64,000 nt of DNA. It comes from an uncultured bacterium (GTDB lineage Bacteria; Patescibacteriota; Minisyncoccia; Phycocordibacterales; Phycocordibacteraceae). The position numbers were made by a program, and so were the translations under genes. Below are positions 40,429 to 48,701 of this stretch, piece after piece. Each line of letters opens with the position of its first letter. The first letter of the stretch is position 1. Location: NCBI GenBank assembly GCA_903825105.1, contig CAIJZI010000005.1, positions 18,821-82,820 of the forward strand, given 5' to 3'. A model generated the notes under the pieces. It saw nothing but the letters and a program-made list of their open reading frames with translations. It had not been told where the DNA came from and did no database searches.

Positions 40429-41517
40429 ATGCATTCAGTTTTTCTTGAACGAGTCAGATCTCAGTTTACGCCACCGCGTTATTTGACTTTTCCTTTTTCA
40501 GGAATTGAACTTTCGGCGAGTGGTGTGAAAGCTGTTCGTCTTGAAGAAACCCCGCATGGTTTTGTGCTCGCAAAATTTGTAGAAGAGCGGTTCCCGTCTG
40601 GAACTTTTGTTGAGGGAGAGGCGGTTGATGGCGATTTGATTATTGAAAAAATAATTACTGCAGCAAAAGCTACTGGCATCTCTTCGGCGAATATAGCATT
40701 GCCAGAATCGAAGTCATTTATTTTTGAAACAACGACGCAAGGAGTTTCTGATGATGAATTGCGTATCGGAGTAGAACAACATCTCGATGAGTTGATACCT
40801 TTACCACCCGCTGAAACAGCCTTTGATATATTAAAGATCGGTAATGACGACCGTGGAAATGTTCGTGTGGCTGGAATCGGCGTAGCAGAGAGGGTTGTAG
40901 ATGACACTCTTCTCTTGTTCGACAGTGCGCGTATAGGTGTACAAGCAATCGAAGAAGAAACATTTGCGATGGCTCGCGCCCTTCTCCCAAATGGCGACCA
41001 GTCAGTTTCCCTGATTATTGATATAGGCAAAACAACAACAAAAATCGTAATTGTGGATAAACGAATCCCGCGGTTCTCCAAAACAATCAATGTTGGTGGG
41101 CATTCATTTACGCTCGCCATTCAAAAATATTTTGGTGTTACAGAAGAAGAAGCGCGAAAGGTGAAGGCAGAACACGGCATTGTTTCGACAGAAGGGAATG
41201 AAGAATACCTATCAGCGATGCTTTCAACTGCGTCTGCGATTCGAGATGAGATTTCTAACTGTATAGAGTATTGGCAAGGGAAAACACGGAATGACCAATC
41301 TTGTGAACCTATAGCGCGAGCCATTCTTTCCGGGGGAAACGCTTCGGTAAAAGGGTTGCCAGAATATTTTAGCGGCACACTTAAAATGCCGGTGGTTTCT
41401 GGAAATGTTTTTACTAATTTTGCATCCAGCGATACATGGATTCCACAACTTACTTACGAAGAATCACTTTCTTACACAACAGCAATCGGATTGGCATTGT
41501 ATGACAGCTCCAAATAA
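40429..41517 (+). CDS. pilM: Type IV pilus assembly protein PilM
   Basis: Actin-like fold: IIDIGKTTT, ILSGG and TAIGLAL. Confidence 0.85.
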   Translation: MHSVFLERVRSQFTPPRYLTFPFSGIELSASGVKAVRLEETPHGFVLAKFVEERFPSGTFVEGEAVDGDLIIEKIITAAKATGISSANIALPESKSFIFETTTQGVSDDELRIGVEQHLDELIPLPPAETAFDILKIGNDDRGNVRVAGIGVAERVVDDTLLLFDSARIGVQAIEEETFAMARALLPNGDQSVSLIIDIGKTTTKIVIVDKRIPRFSKTINVGGHSFTLAIQKYFGVTEEEARKVKAEHGIVSTEGNEEYLSAMLSTASAIRDEISNCIEYWQGKTRNDQSCEPIARAILSGGNASVKGLPEYFSGTLKMPVVSGNVFTNFASSDTWIPQLTYEESLSYTTAIGLALYDSSK

Positions 41518-41520
41518 AAT

Positions 41521-42117
41521 ATGAAGAATAATAGAACAAACTTGCTTCCAGAAGAACGACAAAAAACGCTACGCCGAGAATATTTTCTGCGTCTCGGAAC
41601 AGTCGCGATGGTATTTTTAATAGCGCTTGTGTCGTTTGCGGCGATTCTCATTTCTCCGACCTATGTATTTCTTCTTCGTAATGCGCACGCAAAAAATGTG
41701 CAACTTATGAATATTGTGTTAAATGCATCTTCCACAAATAATTCACTATTATTTACGCAAATCGGTGCTCTGTCTGACAGCGCGAAGACTCTGGAAGGTC
41801 TTTCTGATGTTCCTTCAGTTAGCGAGACATTCCGAGCGGTTCTAGCAGTGCCACATCCAGGTATTACGCTGTCAGGTTTTTCTTACACAGTGACGAGTAA
41901 CAAAAAAGCGAACAAATTAGCCATTTCTGGAGTATCGGCGACCCGCGATGCCCTGCGAAATTATCAAATGGCGCTTCAATCAATGTCATTTACTGATTCG
42001 GCGGATCTCCCCGTTTCTGTATATGCAAAAGATTCTAATATTAATTTCACCATCACGGTTGCTCTCGCCCCAACTGATGATTGGCGCTCGTCAATGGGTA
42101 CAAAAACAACACAATGA
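41521..42117 (+). CDS. PilN-like protein
   Basis: TNLLPEE motif plus TM, ISGVSATR; follows pilM. Confidence 0.75.
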   Translation: MKNNRTNLLPEERQKTLRREYFLRLGTVAMVFLIALVSFAAILISPTYVFLLRNAHAKNVQLMNIVLNASSTNNSLLFTQIGALSDSAKTLEGLSDVPSVSETFRAVLAVPHPGITLSGFSYTVTSNKKANKLAISGVSATRDALRNYQMALQSMSFTDSADLPVSVYAKDSNINFTITVALAPTDDWRSSMGTKTTQ

Positions 42118-42641
42118 AATCACCTGCAGCACATTTTTTTATAACAGTAATTGCGTGTGTGTTAGCGCTTTTTGCCTGTCGGTGGTGGTACACAGATGTT
42201 GAAACAAAAAGTGTCGATGTCGCAAATTTACAACAGCAAATTTATTCAGAAACACAGACCGCCGGAATTGTTGGGGCAGCGCGCGCAGAAATCGCGAGAA
42301 TTTCTAGTGATGAGGTTACATTGCAAAATTATTTCGTCCCACAAACAGGCGTTGTCTCATTTATAAATTTTCTTGAAGGAGAAGGCCGGTCACAAGGGTC
42401 ATCGGTAAAAATCCTATCGGTTTCTCCTGGCACAGGGACGCCGCCGACTCTTGTATTGAAATTTACGATAGGCGGAACATTTGATGCGGTGATGCGAACA
42501 GTCGGTACGATAGAATATTCACAGTACGATTTGTATGTTTCGCAATTCTCCGTTACGCAAGATGGAACCAATAGCTGGAATGCAAATGTGGGGCTCGTGG
42601 TCGGATCTATAAATTTACAAACAGCAACAAGTACACCATGA
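42114..42641 (+). CDS. PilO-like protein
   Basis: N-terminal TM, coiled coil, GTFDAVMRTVGTIE; synteny. Confidence 0.65.
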   Translation: MKSPAAHFFITVIACVLALFACRWWYTDVETKSVDVANLQQQIYSETQTAGIVGAARAEIARISSDEVTLQNYFVPQTGVVSFINFLEGEGRSQGSSVKILSVSPGTGTPPTLVLKFTIGGTFDAVMRTVGTIEYSQYDLYVSQFSVTQDGTNSWNANVGLVVGSINLQTATSTP

Positions 42642-42943
42642 GTATTTCAAAAATTAAAAATTCTTTTATAAAACATTTTCACTATGGTGAAATTAATCCG
42701 ATGCGTGATTGGCTCGTGTTGATTACACTGTTTATCATTGCCCTCGCTGGCGTCGTCGTTTGGGATATATGGTCATTCGGGGTAGTGACAAACGGGGGTA
42801 CAATCGGGGGCACCAAAACGGTTTCGACGCAGACACTCGATCAGTCTTCGCTTAACAAAATAAATATTATTTTTTCGAGTCGAGCGGCTGAAGAAAATAA
42901 ATATAAGACTGGCGTGTATCGCTACGCCGACCCTTCGCAATGA
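42638..42943 (+). CDS. Hypothetical membrane protein ending the pilMNO operon
   Basis: NPMRDW plus TM, C-terminal DPS. Confidence 0.65.
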   Translation: MSISKIKNSFIKHFHYGEINPMRDWLVLITLFIIALAGVVVWDIWSFGVVTNGGTIGGTKTVSTQTLDQSSLNKINIIFSSRAAEENKYKTGVYRYADPSQ

Positions 42944-42977
42944 TAAATAAAAGATTAGAATATGGTATTATAACCCT

Positions 42978-43289
42978 ATGCCATATAAAAATAGATCCGA
43001 CCTATATGCTGCACAAAAAAGGCATCGTGTGAAAATTCGGCAAAAACTGTTAGAGTATTTATCGGTGAGAGAGTGTGTTGATTGTCGCGAGAAAGACCCG
43101 ATAGTTCTAGAATTCGATCACCGCGATAGAAAGGACAAGTTTAAAATCGTAGTTAAAATGTTGTCCGGGCATTATTCGTGGGAGTCTGTTCTAAAAGAAA
43201 TCAAAAAATGTGATGTGCGTTGTGCAAATTGCCATAGACGAAAAACATATAAGGAACAAAATTGTTGGGGTAAAACTACGCCCTCGTAG
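42978..43289 (+). CDS. Small HNH endonuclease whose stop codon lies inside tRNA-Arg(TCT)
   Basis: CVDC..LEFDHRD..EIKKCDVRCANCHRRKT. Confidence 0.88.
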   Translation: MPYKNRSDLYAAQKRHRVKIRQKLLEYLSVRECVDCREKDPIVLEFDHRDRKDKFKIVVKMLSGHYSWESVLKEIKKCDVRCANCHRRKTYKEQNCWGKTTPS

Positions 43290-43354
43290 TTAAATGGATA
43301 TAACCGCGGACTTCTAAGCCGCTATTCGAGGTTCGATTCCTCGCGAGGGCACCA
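43280..43354 (+). tRNA. tRNA-Arg(TCT)
   Basis: GCCCTCGTAGTTAAATGGATATAAC..CT-TCT-AA..GGTTCGATTCC..GAGGGCACCA; A31-G39 mismatch. Confidence 0.93.
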
Positions 43355-43383
43355 ATAAGTAATAAAATTCTCCCATTTTTTAG

Positions 43384-43465
43384 TGCCGTGGGGGAGATTC
43401 GAACTCCCGACTCTTGCGAGATACGCTTCTGAGGCGTACGCGTATACCAGTTCCGCCACCACGGC
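43384..43465 (-). tRNA. tRNA-Leu(CAG)
   Basis: GCCGTGGTGGCGGAACTGGTATACGC-G-TACGC-CTCAGAA-GCGTA, variable arm, GTTCGAATC. Confidence 0.95.
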
Positions 43466-43564
43466 TTAATTTTTAAACTATAGCAACTTTAATGATTATC
43501 ATCACGCAGCACTTGACAAAATATTTTGCTTGATTATATTAGATGAGGGTTTGGAGGAGAAAAT

Positions 43565-43804
43565 ATGGGAAAGAATTTATTTTCAAAAAGAGTTTTCCTG
43601 CCGTGGGTAATTATAACGCTCCTCATCTTCGGTATTCTCGAAGTAATCGAGCGTTTGAACCAGAGTGAATGGGTGATTCTAAGCAAGGAAGAGTTTGAAG
43701 TCCTTGCGGTAGCGTCGCTCGTTGTAGTGGTATATTTTCTCGTTTCGGGGAAGTGGTTCGAGCCTGACTGGGGCCTGCACCGCGAGTTGAAGAACAAAAG
43801 CTAA
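43565..43804 (+). CDS. Small two-TM accessory protein
   Basis: TTGACA..TATATT promoter, GGAGGAG SD, terminator 43809-43842. Confidence 0.6.
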   Translation: MGKNLFSKRVFLPWVIITLLIFGILEVIERLNQSEWVILSKEEFEVLAVASLVVVVYFLVSGKWFEPDWGLHRELKNKS

Positions 43805-43870
43805 AAACACGGCGCGCGGGAGTTTCTACCCGCGCGCCGTTTCGATTATCTGGTAAACTGGTGAATGTTC

Positions 43871-43943
43871 GGGCGATTAGCTCAGTTGGTAGAGCAACGC
43901 ATTTACACTGCGAAGGTCACAGGTTCGAGTCCTGTATCGCCCA
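43871..43943 (+). tRNA. tRNA-Val(TAC)
   Basis: GGGCGATTAGCTCAGTTGGTAGAGC..TT-TAC-AC..GGTTCGAGTCC..CGCCCA. Confidence 0.95.
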
Positions 43944-43949
43944 CATAAT

Positions 43950-44642
43950 ATGGATCTTCCGATTCTCTATGAAGACTCTGATATCGTCGCTATAAACAAG
44001 CCGGCGGGGCTTATTACTCATAAGGATGGCCGAACAGAAGAAAAAAGTGCCGAAGATTGGTTCACTGAGAGGCGCAAGGTTCAAGGTATAAGTTTGTCTG
44101 ATAAATCAGGATATGTGCATCGCCTCGATAGAGATACTTCGGGCGTTTTACTTTTTGCAAAAAACGAAAAGGCGTATGAATTTATGCGTAAAGCATTTCA
44201 CGATAGGGAAGTGAAGAAGACCTATCTCGCTATCGTTTTTGGTGTGCTCAAAGAGAAGAAAGGAACAATAGATTTTGATATCGGCAGATCGCGAAAGGAT
44301 TTCAGAATGCGCAGCGCACAGCCGAAGGCGAAGGGGAAATTGCGCGAGGCGCTGACGCGCTATGAAGTCGTTGGAGAATATGAGAACTACGCTCTACTTA
44401 AAGTAAATCCAGAGACGGGTAGAACGCATCAGATTCGCGTGCATCTAAAAGCGATTCATCATCCGATTGTTGGTGATACGCTCTATGCGGCGGGGCATAA
44501 AAACACGCTCCCGATCTCGCGCCTTTGTCTCCACGCGGGCGAAATAGATGTGCCCCTTTTGTCGGGAGAAAGAGTCACTATCACCGCCCCAATTCCTGAA
44601 GAACTCGAGAGAACAGTTGCTCTATTTCAGAATGCGTGCTAA
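43950..44642 (+). CDS. RluA/RluD family pseudouridine synthase
   Basis: INKPAGL, VHRLDRDTSG, TGRTHQIRVH and PIVGD. Confidence 0.95.
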   Translation: MDLPILYEDSDIVAINKPAGLITHKDGRTEEKSAEDWFTERRKVQGISLSDKSGYVHRLDRDTSGVLLFAKNEKAYEFMRKAFHDREVKKTYLAIVFGVLKEKKGTIDFDIGRSRKDFRMRSAQPKAKGKLREALTRYEVVGEYENYALLKVNPETGRTHQIRVHLKAIHHPIVGDTLYAAGHKNTLPISRLCLHAGEIDVPLLSGERVTITAPIPEELERTVALFQNAC

Positions 44643-44654
44643 TCTGCGCTCCAC

Positions 44655-45143
44655 ATGGAGAAGGTAATTACAACAGTCAATGTTGACGGTCGCGCGCGCC
44701 TCGGGATTCGCGCGGGTGACACGGTGCGCGTGATGCAGAATATCGTCGAGCTTAAGAAGAAGCGCGGCACCGATAAGAAAGAAAAAATCGCGAAAAGCAC
44801 CCGTACCCAAGCCTTTGAAGGCCTCGTTATCGCGACCAAGCACGGCACCGAAGCGGGCGCATCCTTCACTGTTCGCGCGACACTCTCGGGAATTGGTGTC
44901 GAGAAGACCTTTCCACTTTATTCCCCAATGATCGCGTCAATCGAAATCATCAAGCACTCGCGTGTGCGCCGAGCGAAACTCTATTTCATCCGTGAGAAGG
45001 CAACAAAGGCTGTCCGTCGCCAGCTTCGCAATTCGCGCATGATGAATGTGAAGAGCGATGAGACAGTCCCCGTTGAAGTAACTGAAGAAGCTGGCCCAGA
45101 GATTGTAGAAGAAACAAAGCAGGAAGTTGTGTCTGTAGAATAA
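44655..45143 (+). CDS. rplS: 50S ribosomal protein L19
   Basis: GDTVRV, QAFEGLVIA, GVEKTFPLYSP and VRRAKLYFIR. Confidence 0.95.
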   Translation: MEKVITTVNVDGRARLGIRAGDTVRVMQNIVELKKKRGTDKKEKIAKSTRTQAFEGLVIATKHGTEAGASFTVRATLSGIGVEKTFPLYSPMIASIEIIKHSRVRRAKLYFIREKATKAVRRQLRNSRMMNVKSDETVPVEVTEEAGPEIVEETKQEVVSVE

Positions 45144-45220
45144 ATTTAAAAACAAAACGAAGCCGAGTTATCCACTCGGATTTTGTTCAAATATTATTGG
45201 TATACGCTTATACTTGAGGT

Positions 45221-45931
45221 ATGGGACTGCGTGGGCCGAAACCAAAGAGAAGGGAAGTAATCTGGTCGCCAGAGCTCGCGTATGCGATCGGGCTTATTGC
45301 CACGGACGGATGCCTGTCAAATGACGGCAGGCATCTCTTTTTTGTCTCAAAAGATATTCAACAAATAAAAAATATTAAAAAATGTCTCGGGCTCAAGGTA
45401 AAAATTGGCGTGCACAAGGCAGGAATAAGAATGAAGAATAGAAATTATCATCGAGTGCAGTGGGGCGATATATTTCTATACAATTTTTTGCTCAAAATCG
45501 GTCTCACACCAAACAAATCAAAAACAATTGGAGCACTTGTAGTTCCCGATAAATACTTTTTCGATTTTCTGCGCGGCAATTTTGATGGTGACGGTTCTTT
45601 TTATAGTTATTTTGATCCGCGCTGGGAATCGAGTTTTATGTATTACATCAGTTTTACTTCCGCGAGCGTCTTGTATGTTGAATGGTTACAAAAAACACTA
45701 AATAATTTATTGAAAGTGGATGGACACATAACGAAAGTTAGGATAAACGAAGAAAAATGCTCCCCCATATATAACCTTAGGTTCGCAAAGAGAGAATCGC
45801 TTATTGTTATGAACGCGATGTATTCGACCCGGTGTGAAGTCTGTCTTTCTCGAAAGAGATTGAAAATAGTGCGCGCATTGCGTATAGTGAATAAGTCGCT
45901 TCTTTCAAACAGAAAGAAGCTGACAAGATAA
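45221..45931 (+). CDS. Double-motif LAGLIDADG endonuclease, directly upstream of tRNA-Leu(GAG)
   Basis: LAYAIGLIATDGCL and FLRGNFDGDGSF motifs; GLTPNKS and LSRK. Confidence 0.9.
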   Translation: MGLRGPKPKRREVIWSPELAYAIGLIATDGCLSNDGRHLFFVSKDIQQIKNIKKCLGLKVKIGVHKAGIRMKNRNYHRVQWGDIFLYNFLLKIGLTPNKSKTIGALVVPDKYFFDFLRGNFDGDGSFYSYFDPRWESSFMYYISFTSASVLYVEWLQKTLNNLLKVDGHITKVRINEEKCSPIYNLRFAKRESLIVMNAMYSTRCEVCLSRKRLKIVRALRIVNKSLLSNRKKLTR

Positions 45932-45932
45932 T

Positions 45933-46014
45933 GCCCAGGTGGCGTAATTGGTAAACGCGTAAGCTTGAGGTGCTTATGTCGCAAGACGTGGAGGTTCAAG
46001 TCCTCTCCTGGGCA
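45933..46014 (+). tRNA. tRNA-Leu(GAG)
   Basis: GCCCAGGTGGCGTAATTGGTAAACGC-G-TAAGC-TTGAGGT-GCTTA, variable arm, GGTTCAAGTCC. Confidence 0.95.
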
Positions 46015-46022
46015 CAGGAAAT

Positions 46023-46853
46023 ATGGAGAATACACACCCTGTTATTCAGCATCTTTTAGCACGCACAAATAAGAAAGTTCCAATAGAAGATAATAGAAAA
46101 ATTGCACTAATACTTTTTGGTGGTGCGATCGCTGGTGTTAGAGGCGCTGCCGCAGAGCTTGTGCTTAATGACATTGGTTTATCAAATGCCTTCGATGAAA
46201 TATATTCTGCATCAGCAGGATTTTGTAATGCGTCATACCTGCTTTCTGATAATCCAAAAGAGGGAATAGCTATTTATTATGAAGATTTGTGCGGTGATAA
46301 GTTTATAAATTATTTAAAACCGTGGCGTATAGCAGATATCGAATATGTTGTAAATTGCGTTAAAAATTTAAAACCGTTGAAGGTAAGAAAAATTCTAGAA
46401 TCCGAAACAAAATTATTTGTGCGCGTAAAAGATGTAAAAGAAAAGAAAGAAGTTCTTTTAGAGGCGCATGAATTTCCGGATGAAAAGTACTTTCAACTTA
46501 TGCGTGCCGCAACAGCAGTCCCGTATTTAAGTCCTGGAGCTATTAAAGTCGGCGGCATTGAATATAAAGACATTATTACCGACGGTGGTTGGGCAAGTAT
46601 TGTGGGCGATATTTTAAAATCAGACATAACGGATCTGTTAATTATTTACAACACAAGAAGGCAATATGATTTGTTACATAATAAAATCGGACCCCTTCTG
46701 AATTCAGATCGAGTATTTGAAATAGTACCTGAAAAATCTTGGAAATTTTCAAAACTTGAAAGAGATGCAAAAAGCATCAAGAATGCGGCTGAACAAATGA
46801 TTGAATTAACAAAAAATATTTTCGGTGTCGAAAAAGAAATTTCTTTAAATTAG
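46023..46853 (+). CDS. Patatin-like phospholipase family protein
   Basis: LFGGAIAG oxyanion loop, SASAG nucleophile elbow, RAATAVP and DGG. Confidence 0.8.
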   Translation: MENTHPVIQHLLARTNKKVPIEDNRKIALILFGGAIAGVRGAAAELVLNDIGLSNAFDEIYSASAGFCNASYLLSDNPKEGIAIYYEDLCGDKFINYLKPWRIADIEYVVNCVKNLKPLKVRKILESETKLFVRVKDVKEKKEVLLEAHEFPDEKYFQLMRAATAVPYLSPGAIKVGGIEYKDIITDGGWASIVGDILKSDITDLLIIYNTRRQYDLLHNKIGPLLNSDRVFEIVPEKSWKFSKLERDAKSIKNAAEQMIELTKNIFGVEKEISLN

Positions 46854-46868
46854 ATATAATAAAAATAT

Positions 46869-47414
46869 ATGCTCTACACACGAAAAGGCGATGATGGGAA
46901 GACAAAATTGTTTTGCGATCAGCAGAAGATTTCGAAGTCGTCAGAAATTCCTGAAACGCTCGGCGCACTCGACGAATTAAATGCATTTCTTGGATTTGTA
47001 AAAATGCGTGCGGCGCATTCAGCGCGAATCGCGGGAGCGATTCGCGCTGCTCAAGAAAATCTTTTTATTATTCAAGCTGAAGTCGCGGGTGCGGATAAAA
47101 AAACAAAAAAGAACGCGGTAAAAAATATAGAGAAACTCATTAATGAAATAGAAAAAGAAATTCCAAAAATAACCGGTTTTTCTATTTCTGGCGGGACGGA
47201 GCTCTCCGCGCTCCTCGATGTCGCGCGCACCGTCGCGCGCCGAGCCGAGCGCCGTGTTGTCGCGGTTAGTGAAATGGACAAATCTGACTTGTCCAAAGGC
47301 AAACTCTCGAACGATACGCTCGTGTATCTGAATCGCTTATCCTCACTCCTCTTCGCGCTCGCGCGCCTCGCCAACCACGAAGCGGGCGTGAAAGAAGAAA
47401 ATCCGAAGTATTAA
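46869..47414 (+). CDS. PduO-type ATP:cob(I)alamin adenosyltransferase
   Basis: YTRKGDDGKT, GALDELNAFLG, ARTVARRAER and YLNRLSSLLF. Confidence 0.92.
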   Translation: MLYTRKGDDGKTKLFCDQQKISKSSEIPETLGALDELNAFLGFVKMRAAHSARIAGAIRAAQENLFIIQAEVAGADKKTKKNAVKNIEKLINEIEKEIPKITGFSISGGTELSALLDVARTVARRAERRVVAVSEMDKSDLSKGKLSNDTLVYLNRLSSLLFALARLANHEAGVKEENPKY

Positions 47415-47491
47415 AAAGGGAAAGACAAAATATTTTATTTACCCACAACGGAGAGTGTTTCCGTTTCAATAAAAAGATCTATCATAAAGAG

Positions 47492-47986
47492 ATGGCACAA
47501 GCGATTTGTAAATTGTGCGGGAAATCTTTTTATGTAAAACCGCACTGGCTTAAGGTTGGTTATGGTAAATATTGTTCGGCAGATTGTCACCACGCAGGTA
47601 TGAAAAATGGGAAGGAAGTTCCTTGTGCAGTGTGCGGAAAATTATCTTATAAAACTCAAAAAGGTCTCAAGGGTTCAAAAAGTGGCAAGTATTTCTGCAC
47701 CAAAAGATGCCAAACACTCTGGCGTAATCAGCTTTATATTGGCTCGGCGCATAAAAATTTTAAGACAGGAGAATTTGTCTATCGGGCAGTGATGGAACGG
47801 AACAAGGTTCCAAAAATATGCAAATTGTGTAAAACTACAGATTACCGAGTCTTGGCGGCACATCACCTCGACAAGAACCGGAAAAACAACGCATTAGAAA
47901 ATCTCGTATGGCTTTGCCACAATTGCCATTTTCTTGTGCATCATTCTGAACCAGAACGAGAGAAACTGATAAAAGTGAAAAAATAA
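47492..47986 (+). CDS. HNH endonuclease with N-terminal Zn-finger repeats, directly upstream of tRNA-His
   Basis: CKLCGKSF..YCSADC, CAVCGK..FCTKRC and CKLC..HHLDKNRKNNALENLVWLCHNCH. Confidence 0.9.
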   Translation: MAQAICKLCGKSFYVKPHWLKVGYGKYCSADCHHAGMKNGKEVPCAVCGKLSYKTQKGLKGSKSGKYFCTKRCQTLWRNQLYIGSAHKNFKTGEFVYRAVMERNKVPKICKLCKTTDYRVLAAHHLDKNRKNNALENLVWLCHNCHFLVHHSEPEREKLIKVKK

Positions 47987-47987
47987 T

Positions 47988-48065
47988 GGTGGTCGTAGCT
48001 CAATTGGCTAGAGCATCTGCTTGTGGAGCAGAAGGTTGTGGGATCGTCCCCCATCGACCACCCCA
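47988..48065 (+). tRNA. tRNA-His(GTG) with encoded G-1 and CCA
   Basis: G-GTGGTCGTAGCTCAATTGGCTAGAGC-A-TCTGC-TTGTGGA-GCAGA; atypical T-loop ATCGTCC. Confidence 0.92.
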
Positions 48066-48147
48066 AACACGAGTTGACAAATAAGTTGGTAGCTGTATTA
48101 TAAATTTCGGATTGCACGACGATACCCTCTGAACTGAAAGGGAAGAG

Positions 48148-48615
48148 ATGAAGACTTTTGAGGAACAGCAACAAATGCTCGATGAGTTTTTTGAACAAAT
48201 CATCGCTCAAACAAAAGCGTTTGTTGAACAAAACGAACTCATTCCGCTTGGTCGCCGTTACGAATTTTCTGTCAGTGTGAGGCGTCGCAGGACGGGAATT
48301 AATCTCACCACTAAAAAGAAAATGAGCACAGTGCCGCGCTGGAAGATGACCAACGAACTTCCGTCCGATCAAGATTGGGAGCAAATCTTTGCTCTGCCCC
48401 AGCTGGATCCTGCAATCTATGGACCTGGCACAGGGCCAAGCTTTCTTAAAGAGACACTCGAAGAGGTCAAGAAAGCAAATTCTGGCAATGGGACTTACAT
48501 TCGTTACGGATCGGGCTATGTTTCAAAAATCAACAAAATCCTCGAAGAGGCCAACAGCGAATTCCGTTTGTTTTCTCGGGGTAGCGAACAGTACATCCTC
48601 AGAAGGATTCAGTAA
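48148..48615 (+). CDS. Hypothetical accessory protein
   Basis: TTGACA..TATTAT promoter, purine-rich SD, terminator 48631-48660. Confidence 0.65.
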   Translation: MKTFEEQQQMLDEFFEQIIAQTKAFVEQNELIPLGRRYEFSVSVRRRRTGINLTTKKKMSTVPRWKMTNELPSDQDWEQIFALPQLDPAIYGPGTGPSFLKETLEEVKKANSGNGTYIRYGSGYVSKINKILEEANSEFRLFSRGSEQYILRRIQ

Positions 48616-48701
48616 AACAAAACCTTCAACAGGCTCCGCGATTTTATGCGGGGCCTTTTTCATTCAAAAACAAAAATGCTGGGCGGTGGTATTATGAATA
48701 T

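Noticed and set aside
45221-45931. LAGLIDADG ORF as an intein or WhiA
   Set aside because: No Hint/splicing motifs (N-terminal Cys/Ser, C-terminal HN), no host extein and no WhiA C-terminal HTH.
37601-47414. Arginine decarboxylase and PduO-type adenosyltransferase as parts of a novel pathway
   Set aside because: Isolated, well-known enzymes with no linked partner genes in the window.
31941-48065. Group I introns in tRNAs as hosts of the endonucleases
   Set aside because: All eight tRNAs fold as contiguous cloverleaves, and the nuclease ORFs lie upstream rather than inside them.
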